A stretch of 64,000 bases of DNA from Harriotta raleighana. Taxonomy: Eukaryota. The position numbers and the translations under genes were made by a program. Shown here one piece after another: positions 13,501 to 28,302 of this stretch (positions are counted from its first letter, which is position 1; each line of letters starts with the position of its first letter). The stretch covers positions 1,987,053 through 2,051,052 of the forward strand of contig JBNZDD010013599.1 in the NCBI GenBank assembly GCA_050575255.1, given 5' to 3'. Under the pieces are notes generated by a model. The model worked only from the letters and a program-made list of their open reading frames with translations, had not been told where the DNA came from and ran no database searches.

Positions 13501-16092
13501 TGGAAATTCACTCTCAAATTCAGTAAGAATGAGTGCACCAATCCAATACAGCACCTTTCACATATGAAGAGCATCTCAAATTGTCTGACAGTCCTGAATT
13601 TGGGATGGGAGCACAGTCAAACAGGTATGTTTTGAGACATGCCTTGAATGGGGCGGGGAGAGAGACCATTTAAGATCATCACGTCTGTTCATCAGAGTGA
13701 TAAAGAACTCCCAAAAAAAGAATAATTCTCGCATTTGACCCCTAAAGGCGTGTTACAAAAAATAATTAATTTACATGTTACAAAGAAATGTAGTGATTGT
13801 GTGTCTATAGGCAAATAGGGCAGCCAATCTGAACACAGCAATGTCCCACCAAGTGACAAAGTGAGTGACCAATTTTATCTGGGGTTGGTTGGTCAGGTTA
13901 GCAGGAAAATGTCTTTATTTCAATCATTCTATGGGATTATTAATATCTACCTGTACAGCCAACAGAACTGAATTTTGTCCGTCCGTCCGTGTGTCCCCCA
14001 GCACAACACTGGAGAATTAGCCTCGACTATGTCATTGTAAAGGCAAAGATTAACAAGCCCTTCATTGATTACAGCATTTCATTTGGAGTTCTTTAGCTTT
14101 CTATTCCCATTCCCAAGGTTTCTCTTCACATAACACTGTACTTTGCTTTGCCTAGAGAAGACGCGAGCTTAGTTACTGACCTGCGAACCCTCACTTCCAG
14201 TGTCTGTTTCCCTTGCCAGTCCTCGCTTCTGTCACCAAGTTTCTTGCAATGTTTTTAAGACTCCCAAGTCCACTCGGCCAAATCCAATGTAGGGAATCTG
14301 TTTGAAACCCCAGCTTGTGAGTAGTCAAGGTACGCCCAGCAAATCTTCCAGACTTCCCTGCAGTCCACTCCAAACCGGTTTCACCTCAATAGAAATAGTG
14401 ACTCTAATTAATAAGGGATGATCTACAAATTCCCCAATTTGTGAGGCTTGCAAAATCACCGGGGGGTTATCCCTAAATCTTTAAAGGACATTTCTCCATA
14501 AAGAGTGGAGAGTAAGGATTGGCCTATTCGCCTCGGACTATTGTCCATCTGAAATGGCTTAACAAGTTGCCCTCGAGAGAAAATCACGAGGATGGGAATC
14601 TCATAGATCACAGAATCTTACTGCACAAAAGGAGGCCATTCGGCCCATCGAGTCTGTGCCGGCTCTTTAAAAAGAGCAATTTAATCCCACTCCCCAGCTC
14701 TCTCTCTCTCCACATAACCTCACAAACCCGTCCTCCCCAAATAAATGTCTACCTCTCTTTTAAAAGTTGTTATCGAATCGGCCTCCACCACCGTTTCAGG
14801 GAATGCATTCCAGATTCGAACAACTCGCTGGGCTCGACTCGATGATTTTAAATGAGATTGAAACAGTAAAACCAGATCAATACTTTAAGATGTGTCAAGA
14901 CAGTAGAACAAAGGTTACATAGGTTTCAATGTTGTGAAGGGTAATTTCAAGACAGCCAGAATTTGTCTTTACACACAGGCTAATCAGCATCTACATGGTT
15001 GCCAAGAATGATGGTAGAGTAGAGGACACTTGTATTTAGACTACTACAGTATTTAACTTAAAAAAAAGTACAGCAAAATTATTTCTAAAACAAAACGAAA
15101 ACACAGCTCCCTTCACAGAATGGTGGGAGAGATTTTGAACAAGCATGGACAGAGTAGAACTAGACTCTCGTGGTAATGAAAGGTAATTCTGTTTAGGACA
15201 TCCCTCGACATTAAACAACAAATATATTGCATCCCATAAGTGTTGCATAAAAGGAGCTGTACTAAACGCTTAATTCAGACTGCTGCGTTGAACAGATGCT
15301 GTGAAAATGTTTGTAATATATCTTTCAAATTCCTATCCTGGATGAATCACTCTGAAAAGCAAAATAATTCATCACATTGCTGCCCTATTCCAGACAGCTC
15401 AGCAATTTTTTTTATTGTGACAATATATAGCCTGGATATGCTGTACGTGCGTATATAATGTGCAATTTTTAAGTGAGTGAATCCAATTTAACTTTTAACG
15501 AATTGTTCAGTATCTTGCAATAGTTTAGTCACAATGCACTCGAGGGAGAGGGAGACGGGCGACTGAGAGAAGAGTCTCCAGTGGTTCGTTTAGCCTGAAA
15601 CAGGGAAGAAAAATTCACTAATTCACAAAAGGTGGCCCATTCGATTGAAGTCTTGACCAAATAATCAATCTGCTCGTGCAGTCCAGAAAGAACAGCTGCA
15701 GATTACAATACAATATGTTGATCAGTTGTGTGTTTTTATTTAATTTTGAAGAAGACCTCGGTATTTTAGAGACTTCTTTCATATGGCAAGAGCAGTGACT
15801 AGCAACGCTCAAATAACCAAGTCCAGATTAGTGAGTAATAGTAATATTTAGAATGTATTTGAATTCTTTGTCACAATGTTGTATTTTTTCAGCTCATGAA
15901 GACTATTCCCCAGCTCCATCACCGTTACAGCTCTTTGCGTTCATTGTTTTGCTGAGCCTGCTGATTGGGTTCCTCTATTGCAGTAAGTATCCCTCCAAGG
16001 TCTGTGAACAACTTGGGTCGAAACTTCTTAGCTTCTATCTGGACATCAAGCACATGGCAATCAGATGCTGGCACCGATGGATGAAAAAGTAA
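7563..16092 (+). CDS. C14orf180: C14orf180/NRAC-like (consortin C-terminal family) single-pass membrane protein; join(7563..7598,8663..8788,10708..10846,15893..16092), ~166 aa
   Basis: The phase-consistent GT-AG join is 501 nt. PISILR...KRVHFRE and LQLFAFIVLLSLLIGFLYC...DIKHMAIRCWHRWMKK match recalled NRAC features (PPSILK, RRVWFRE, LGLYC...LRHVALTCW). It lies convergent with TMEM179, as in human. The first two exons rest on splice and frame evidence only. Confidence 0.8.
8333..8640 (+). mobile_element. tRNA-derived SINE with L2-type 3' tail, full length
   Basis: A box TAGCTCAGTGG at 8338, B box GGTTCAATTCC at 8381, caattggctgcc core, aagcgctatatgaaatgcaagg(att)n tail; many copies in this window. 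Confidence 0.9.
8663..8788 (+). CDS. C14orf180: NRAC-like coding exon 2 (DSAADQPLE...CNTQE)
   Basis: ctctatctcag| ... GAG|gtatcg, 126 nt open, phase 0-0. Confidence 0.6.
9834..10160 (+). mobile_element. tRNA-derived SINE, full length
   Basis: A box TGGCTTAGTGG, B box GTTCGAATCCC, same body and tail. Confidence 0.92.
10505..10685 (+). mobile_element. SINE, 3' half
   Basis: gactgtttgtggg...caattggctgccgcgtttc...aatgcaagggttattatt. Confidence 0.85.
10708..10846 (+). CDS. C14orf180: NRAC-like coding exon 3 (AIGLKWPISILRTR...KRVHFRESDEIILP)
   Basis: NAGNAG acceptor (start 10705 or 10708); donor A|gtaagt, phase 1; SILK-like and RVxF motifs. Confidence 0.85.
11390..11590 (+). mobile_element. SINE, 3' part
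   Basis: Same body and tail as the other copies. Confidence 0.8.
13735..14030 (-). mobile_element. Old Deu-domain SINE (SacSINE1/AmnSINE-like) relic
   Basis: The reverse complement reads caggtagatattaataatcccat...tggtca...ggtgggacattgctgtgttcagattggctgcc, resembling the recalled Deu-domain consensus. Confidence 0.55.
14600..14830 (-). mobile_element. CR1-type LINE 3' end
   Basis: cacagaatcttactgcacaaaaggaggccattcggcccatcgagtctgtgccggctct is the typical reverse-strand CR1 3' terminus. Confidence 0.75.
15893..16092 (+). CDS. C14orf180: NRAC-like last exon (TM helix + C-terminal tail)
   Basis: Acceptor tattttttcag| in phase 1; hydrophobic LFAFIVLLSLLIGFLYC; TAA ends at 16092. Confidence 0.85.
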
Positions 16093-16299
16093 CATACCAT
16101 ATCCACAAACATTGGGAGCATCGGATCACAGCCCGCTCTGGACAGGCCCTCCCTTTCAACGGAGCAATCTTGGGTGCATGATGGGTTTCCAAAGGCGAGT
16201 TCTTCAACAGCACTCAGCCACAGTCGGTGGTGGTTAGAAACATTTGATTGAACGAACAAGACAAAATGACAACGAACCCTCCGAAATATGCTGTAAAAA

Positions 16300-16780
16300 G
16301 TCATGAGCCCCCCATCTACCCGATTCTCGCCCGACTCCATTGGCTCCCCATCACCCAGAGGATTCAATTCAAGATCCTGGTCCTCAACTTCAAAGCCCTC
16401 CGTGGCCTTGCCCCCACCCTACCTCTGCGAGCTCCTAACCCCCTACTAACCTGCCCGCCCCCTCCGCTCAGCAGGCTCCGGCCTGCTCCATGTCCCCCGA
16501 CCCACTCACTCCACCACTCAGCTACTCTGCCTCCAACCTCTGCCCCCAACTATCCCGCAGTCCTTCCCCCTCGCCCCCTCTCTAGCCTCCTTCAAGTGCC
16601 ACCTCAATACCCTCCTCATCGATGGTCCCATTGGTCACCCCAATTCCGCCCCCCTTTCCCTCCACCCTCCCCTTCCCCAACCCCAGCCCGGGGTTGAAAT
16701 AGTGACCGTTCAGCACTTTGGGACGTCCTCCTGAGGGAAAAGGCGCTATACAAGTGTAATCTTGTTGTTGTTATTGTTGG
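16300..16780 (+). mobile_element. L2 LINE 3' fragment (decayed ORF2 end + tail)
   Basis: PILARLHWLPITQRIQFKILVLNFKALRGLAP; cactttgggacgtcc...aaggcgctatacaagtgtaa(ttg)n tail. Confidence 0.9.
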
Positions 16781-18117
16781 TTCAGTTTTGCTCTGCAAGG
16801 TTTTTGAAACCTCGGACTTCACTCGGTTTTTATTCTAAGATGGCATTGTCAACAAGACGTTTATTCCAAATATTGTGAAATTTAACGTCTGTCTCAACTG
16901 TAGATCCACAGTCAGTGAAGGTTGCAATCCAACTCCCATCTCTGGTCACCAAAATCAGAACCTAATCAATCCAATTGCTGGAAATGTTTACCTGAATGAA
17001 GATGTATTATTGCCCCACACAAAGCATGGTATTGTACCTTCCATTCCCAGCTCCTATTTAATTCAACCCCCTCCCACACTTTATACAATATCTTTGTCCC
17101 AATGCCTTGGATAATCAGTTGATTACTGGTCCATGGCCTGAGGGATATGGGAACCATTACAAACACTACAGTCTGAGCCAGACATGCATGGATGGCCTGA
17201 TTAGATTCAATTGGTTTTAGAAATAGTTTTCGATTCCTAGTGTATTCTGGCCAGCATGGAGTCAGACCCAAGTCTTAAGGAACATCCTCACCATTATTAA
17301 GCTATCCAAATCAGACGAGAGTTCCACAAACGTATCTCACTTGACACGTGGAAATTTGCGTGTGTCTGGAATGGAATAGGCCGTTCCTTCCCCTTGAGGG
17401 GTGGCCTGATTACCTAATTCCAGAGAGTATTGGGTGCTGGATGTGACAGCGATTTGTAATCTGGACATGTTGGGATTCACAGCTGACTTGAGACATCTTC
17501 TCGGGAGACCATTGTGAATCGCGTGATCTGTGGTGAGTAACTGCACTGCAGTCAGATATTCTTGAAGCAAATCGAATCTGAAAAAAGTATACCTGAATAA
17601 GACAGCAGTATTTCCATCAGCCTGTTTGACTCTCTGGAAGCCATATGCTGTCTGCCTAGGAGTATTGTAATACTATGCTAATGCTATTTGATCTATGCCC
17701 CTTATGTCCTGGCTTAAGGTAGTTGTTAGTATAATCAGTAAAAAACAAACTGAACTCATTGGAAATATGGGATTCAGTTTTGTACTATCGACCTCAGCAG
17801 ATGAGTTTTCCCACCGGATAATTGTTTTATGGAAGATTTTCTTGCTGAAGTTGATGGGTTCAAAGAGAATATAGATTGCGGGCAGTAATTGTTGAATGGC
17901 AGGTACGGGATTGAACGCAATGAAAAAGCCAAATTAATTGTGAATCCAACATTCCTGCAATCTCCCCATACTAGTGGTCTTTCACAGCATTAACGGTTAC
18001 ATTAACGGCAGAATTCTCGATGACGCTTAACACCCAAATTGATAAAATTCTGCGGTTAAGAAGCAATATAGTGTAACCTTTCCATGAATCTTTCCACGTC
18101 GCATTTCAGATACTTGT

Positions 18118-18485
18118 GGAGTTCTGTAACTCAGTGGTTAGAGCACTTGCCTCACAAGTGGGAGACATGCATTTTGATTCCCAGCAAGTATCCTTATTTA
18201 CAAGTGTCATTTTGTTGTTGGTGTTGTTGTTATTTCACATGCCTCTGTATACCTAGCAGTAAGCAGGAACCCGATGGTAATTTCCTGGGGGATAATAATG
18301 CCTTCAAAAAAATAATAAATTGGTCAGTTAATCGGCGACTGTTTGTGGGACACTGCTGTGTGCAGTTGCCTGTCGAATTTTCCCCCCAAAAGTCAATTCA
18401 CTTTACAGTATATTATGTGAAACGTTTTGAAACCTCTTGAAGATGCACTAAGGCACTAAATAGAATTATTATTCTTATTATTATT
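18118..18485 (+). mobile_element. tRNA-derived SINE, diverged, with extra internal sequence
   Basis: taactcagtggttagagcacttg head; standard 3' half. Confidence 0.8.
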
Positions 18486-19286
18486 ACTTGGCAACCATGT
18501 ACATTTTAAGATATTGTTGCTGATTATATTTTCCTGATACTTTTCAGAGCAATGCATAATTTATCTAGTTAAGTTTTATTTTTCATGTGTCCTCAGAATG
18601 GTGCTCAATTTAATATTAGTTGCAATTAGTGCCCCCCCCCCCGAAGTATCATGGAATAGAAAGAATTTTGTCACCATTTCAGAACTTGCTTACAATGTGG
18701 AGAGAAGGAAAACTATTTGTACATGGCATAAGTCTGAAATAAAAATAGAAACACGTTGGAAATCCATAGCATCTGTTGAGAGTGGATGGCCTTCAAGTTC
18801 CAAGGACTGTATTGTACTTCATTAATTCAGAATGATTGTGCAATAAGGATTAGGATCTTTCAAATGCTTTGCCTTTTGAATTATATCTAAATGAACAGAG
18901 TTTTGCTGTGTGTAAATTGCCTTGCTGCACTACTGACTCTGTACTTGACTGTTAAAATGCAAACTGCTTTGATGTTGTAATAATTGCAAGGATTATTATT
19001 TTTTACTGATGAGGACAAAAGTGACAATGGCTGGAAAAATTCAACGCTTGAAGATCAGAAAGTTAGAATTTCCCTTTGCTGGATGAAGAGGAGAGAATCT
19101 TTTCAACGTTTTACTTTCTCAGAAGTTTTACAGCTGGTGTTAAGCCTCCGTAAGGCAAATTTGTGATCTTTCCCCATACTTTGGGGAAGATGACAAAAGT
19201 AATTTTCTATACCTCCGATCTTTCCTCAGTTTCTAAACCATGTTGCTGCAGTTATTGAAGCATTCAGCAATGTAAATCTGAAAGTG

Positions 19287-19292
19287 TTTATT
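19287..19292 (-). other. Candidate polyadenylation signal of TMEM179
   Basis: AATAAA on the minus strand ~1 kb downstream of the stop; motif only. Confidence 0.3.
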
Positions 19293-20318
19293 CGATCCGA
19301 CTGACAGAAAAAGCGCCCAAGCTAACGTGCACAAGCATTATGAATGAATTTAATTGAACACGCTTTCAGGAATTACACAGGACACAGAAGAATCAAGGTT
19401 AAAGAATTGACATTAATAATAAGGATGCTTTTTTTTTCCCAGGAGCAGCACCTGACGCTGTAAAAGGCTGTCACTTTCTACCTCTCAGCTTCAAATGCCA
19501 CTGTTCACTTGAGTAGCCTGTAGTGAGCCAGTGATTTAAGGTGGGACATTCAATAGTGCAAAGGGAGTGGCTGCTTGTAAGGCCATCAGAACCACAATTT
19601 TCGAAGCAACGCAGATGAGGTTTCCAAGACGGAAAGCGACGTATTCAGCATTCTTTGAAAAATGTTCAGCTAGATCCAAAATCATAGCTCCGAGCCACTT
19701 GGCCCCTAATGCGCTGAGCTCGAACAGTAGAATTCAGCAGCCACGAGCCACAGTAACTGACAATTTGTTCGTTTGATTTCAGCGCAATTCATAGAGCAGT
19801 GATAATGAATTGACACACTGACTAATGCAGGGCGTGACCAAATTCGGGACAAGGTGGCCTTAAGTATTATTTTCAAAGACGTTTCTGAGATCGGGGAGCA
19901 TGGAATTCATTATTTAGGTTTTGATACTGTAAAACAGGATGAACTGTTCCGACCTACCCGAGCTAAGCCTTTGACATCTAAGCAGTCGCACAAAGAAAGT
20001 TTACACGGAGCCAAGGCGTTACAGCCACCCTCATTTGGGGTTGCGTTTTGTGGCATGACACTTTAGAAAATGACTACATTCCCAGCTTAACAAAAACGGG
20101 GCCTTTGAAAGAATAGGAGCGTTGATAGTTGTACGAGATTTTTATGACACCCCCAACATCTATTGAGTGGGAGGCAAATCGTGAAGAGCGACTCTCCTGT
20201 TTTACAGTACCTTTGCAGGCATCCCTCTGTGACAAGCAATGCAGAATCTCTCTCTCCTGCTGCAGGGGTTTGAAATGACACTTTCTTCCAACATTTTCGG
20301 GTGTTGGGGCAACACGGT

Positions 20319-24331
<4,013 letters not shown>

Positions 24332-24342
24332 GATGGTTTAAT

Positions 24343-24428
24343 TTCTCTCCCCTCTCTCTCTCTCTCTCTCTCTTCTCTCTCCTCTCTCATTCAAACACAC
24401 GCCTGCGCGCATACAATCACAAACACAC

Positions 24429-24472
<44 letters not shown>
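24343..24472. repeat. Compound (CT)n/(CA)n microsatellite immediately upstream of the TMEM179 ATG
   Basis: Seen directly. Confidence 0.9.
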
Positions 24473-24476
<4 letters not shown>

Positions 24477-25297
24477 TCATTCCCTGATGCTTTAGTGCCT
24501 GTGTCTATGTTAAACAGCCACCCATCCCTGACTGTGGGCAGCTTAATCTTTCTCTTTTGACAAACTATCCCCCTTTTGTTTTCCCCAACCCTCCCCTCCT
24601 CCCCTCCACCAAACACCCCAAAAATATTAATAATAATTTTTTTTGCATTTGATCCAGTTGCTTTTCACGTCTTGCAGACATCTCAAAACCCTTCACAGAC
24701 CATACTGTAAAGTGAATTTACTGCATTTTTTTGTGCAGTAAAATATATTTATAAACACACACACCACACACAAATATATAAGACTAGTAATGATTGAAGT
24801 CCATCTATCATTTCATCAGTGTATTTTAAGTGGCAACTTCCTGAGCATGTGAAGGAGAAGGGGGAAAAAAAAGCGTTTCGCCCACATACATACAGTCAAT
24901 TCACTTTACAGTGAATGCAAGGATTATTATTATTAGAAAAAGAGGGTTACGTGTGGGTGCGTGGTGGGGGAAGTTGAAAAGAATGGAGTATAATCACTAA
25001 CACTGGGTGGATGGGACGGCCTCTCGAAGTGAAAGGCGCTCTGTAGATGTCATTTTGTTGTTGATGGACAATGCAATGTATATTTTCCTTGAAGGTCTAC
25101 AGAAAGGGTGCGGTGTAATGTTACTTTTCAACAACAACAACAGCAACAGTGTGCATTTATATAGCGTTTTCACGTGCGGTAGCGTCTCGGAGTACGTTTA
25201 AACGTAATCCATAATCTGCACTGGTGAGATGAGATGAGAATATCCAGCCTTAGAAACCCATCTTGGTAACACCAATGGCTCCAAGTGATTATAATAC

Positions 25298-25577
25298 TAA
25301 TCCCTGCATTTGAAATAGCGCTTTTCACACCTTCTAGACGTCTCAAAGCGCTTTGCAGAATATACTGTAAAGTGAGTTGACTGTATACATGTGGGCAAAA
25401 CCCTGCAGTCAATTGTGCCCAGCACTGTCCCAGAAACAGTTAAGGATTGAAATTTTCCCTTTTTTTTTTTTTTGACGGGATGATTATTATTCGGCATGTA
25501 GAGAAAGGAAACTAGCCCAAGGTTTTGCCCTGCCTGGAATTGAACCCAGGTTCCCTCGCTTGTAAGGCAAGTGTTCC
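25298..25577 (-). mobile_element. SINE interrupted in its tRNA head (second assembled copy at 25716-26048)
   Basis: Reverse tail, body and B box; the head continues at 26030-26048 in the second copy. Confidence 0.85.
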
Positions 25578-25714
25578 TGTGGCTCAGTGGTTAGAGCACT
25601 CGCCTTACATGCCTTACAAGCATGAGGCCTGTGTTCGAATCCAGGCAGATCAGGGCGAAACCTTGGGCAAGTTTCCTTACTCCACATGCCTAATAATAAT
25701 CCCTCCAAAAAAAA
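25578..25714 (+). mobile_element. Young SINE 5' part, cut by contig end
   Basis: tgtggctcagtggttagagc...gttcgaatccaggcagatcagggcgaaacc, near-identical to the copy at 51960-52048. Confidence 0.85.
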
Positions 25715-28137
25715 NACATGTGGGCAAAACCCTGCAGTCAATTGTGCACAGCACTGTCCCAGAAACAGTTAAGGATTGAAATTTTCCCTTTTTAATTTTT
25801 TTTTTTGACGGGATGATTATTATTCGGCATGTAGAGAAAGGAAACTAGCCCAAGGTTTTGCCCTGCCTGGAATTGATCCCAGGTTCCCTNCTTTATGGGA
25901 TTATTGTTTAGGATCCGGGAAAATAATAACCCATAGGCTGCTTCTCTAATGTACCTGCAATACACTTATTCTAGCCTCTAGGGTTTCACAATTTNTCCCA
26001 GGTTCCCTCGCTTGTAAGGCAAGTGTTCCAACCACCGAGTTACAGGCCTCTATGGGATTATTGCTTAGGATCCGGGAAAATAATAAGCCATAGGCTGCTT
26101 GTCTAATGTACCTGCAATACACTTATTCTAGCCTCTAGGGTTTCACAATTTTAAAATAAAGTTTTAATTGTCCTTACATTTGATATTTAGCACCTTATCA
26201 CCTATGAAGTTTAAACCTTTTACCTCAGGAAACACAACACACAGACAAAATATTCCTCGGACGAAACCTCATGAAAAATGGGATGGATTAGCAGTAAAAA
26301 TACAATTCCCAATATGATTTTCAAATTATGCAGCACCTTTCATGTCATTTTCAAGTGAAATCATTTCAGTTTGTCTAGTTACTGCTGCGGAAAAAAAAAA
26401 CATGTCAACTATCGTTTACACCAGAATAGATCTGTTTCCTCTTAGTTTGGACCTCTTTTCAGAGTGGAAACTTGTCAGCTCTATATTTACCAAACCCAAG
26501 GAACTGTCCTAGTCCTCTATTAAAGTTACTGATCCAACGAACCTGACAATAATCCAAGTGTTCAATGCATCCTCTCATTCAATCTGCTGTTGATTCAGAC
26601 GATATTAAAATCAGTGGTCGTCAGAATCACTGGCGACATTTTTGCAATGCAGGGAATATGCATGTGTTCAGATTGAAGGCATATTGTCACATGCTAATCT
26701 GCAGTTTAAATTTAAGATGATAATGATACTGTGAAAGAATTGGCTGCATTACCTTGGAACTTGGCCAAAGTAATCAGTTAACACAACTCTTGCAGTTTGA
26801 ACAGCATTCATTTGCAATTTTACCCAACGTTGAAACCATTCAGCCACAAAATATACAGTCAATTCACTTTCTACTTTACCGCAAAGCGCTTTGGGATGTC
26901 TCGAAAACATGATAAGGCACTATACCAAATGAAGGATTATTATTATAATAATGATGACATAAGATTCTTCTTTGCTATTCTACAAGAACAGTGCATAATC
27001 CAATACCACTACTGGGTCAAACAGTCCTTGAATATGTGTGTTAAAGATAACTGTTCCAGCCAGCAAATTAAATCGGCTGCATTGTCAATGGATTAGAAAA
27101 TAAAATTTCTGTTAACAAGTTCACAGCAGAGGCAGAATTATGCTATGACACTATCTGGTTTATGAAAGAGTAAAATTTCCGTGCTGCCAAGTGCATAAGG
27201 ATTAACTGTTGCAACTTCTTATCTGAAAGCAAGGCACTGTGAAATAAACACAGCTGCAATTTATATGGTTTCTCATGACTAAACGTAGCAGCTAAATGAT
27301 TACGTTTCACTGTAATAAAATAAGTAAAGCTAAAACAAAATGAATTTGATTAGTCTTCCAGTATTCCCATTTCCATTTTGTCGCATAAAGCTGCCCAGAA
27401 TTCTGAACTAAGAGAGGCTGATTCAGGAGGTAGAAATATTCTGCTCTACATGTTCTCCTGAGAATAGACTGTCAGATATTGCTTTGTAAAGAATGCTTAA
27501 GATGCTTAACAATGCTTTTGCAGCAATTATATTTCACCACTTTGATGAATATAAAAATCCCACTTTGTTTGAATCAAAACGCCCCAATAACAACTGAAGT
27601 GATTGAACTAAATAATTTTAGTTGTGAGAGTAGGCCGAAATCGCCGTGAAAGCGTTGGACACTTAAAATAGATTTCTTTTTTTAAAAAACAATGCAAAAT
27701 GTCATCAAAGTGTACGAGTTGTGTAACAAGCTGTGTCACAATCGTGTTCAAAGTTCCCGAGCAGATCATCGGGCAGAGCGAGGGCTTTGAGTGGCCATTG
27801 GGGAACGAATTGGGGAGTGTGATACGCACCCATTGCAGGTGTCCAAATCGCATCATTATATGGAACCATCAAACAGTGGGATTAGGACTGCCCCAGCCTA
27901 TTTTACCGATACGTTTGTGGGCAAATCCACGTGAAAATTGCTGCCGTTAGTAGCCAAGCGTGAAATAGAGACTCCAGTGAAAGGTAAAATTCTCAATCAC
28001 TAAATGTGCTTTTCTGAAAAGTTTGCAGACTTTTCTAAAGGAAACCATCAATGAGAAATATACAGCGAGTGAGTAAGACTGTTGGGAGTTCTGATTGCTT
28101 GACAGAGCAACAACTCAATGTCTGTGTCGTTAGTAGC

Positions 28138-28302
28138 TTAGTTTTTCCACTGTTGAATCTGAAGCTCCTTCTTTTTTCTGATAATTTTGGCCACGTCATT
28201 CTTCAGTTTACCCACACAAGTCTCCAGCTCTCCTCCCAACGCTTTGATCAGCTCAGTTCTTTCATTTGCAAAGAACCTCAAGGAATGAACATGACCCTCG
28301 TC
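28138..28302 (-). CDS. KIF28: KIF28-like last exon
   Basis: LRFFANER...[32 protein letters not shown]. Confidence 0.87.
   Translation of the reverse strand, partial: DEGHVHSLRFFANERTELIKALGGELETCVGKLKNDVAKIIRKKKELQIQQWKN

Noticed and set aside
15983-15990. Strong gtaagt donor-like site inside the NRAC-like last exon
   Set aside because: NRAC-like similarity continues in frame past it to the stop at 16092, so it is not needed in the main model; minor use cannot be excluded.
16248-16697. 149-aa Pro-rich ORF
   Set aside because: Frameshifted L2 ORF2 remnant plus C-rich 3'UTR.
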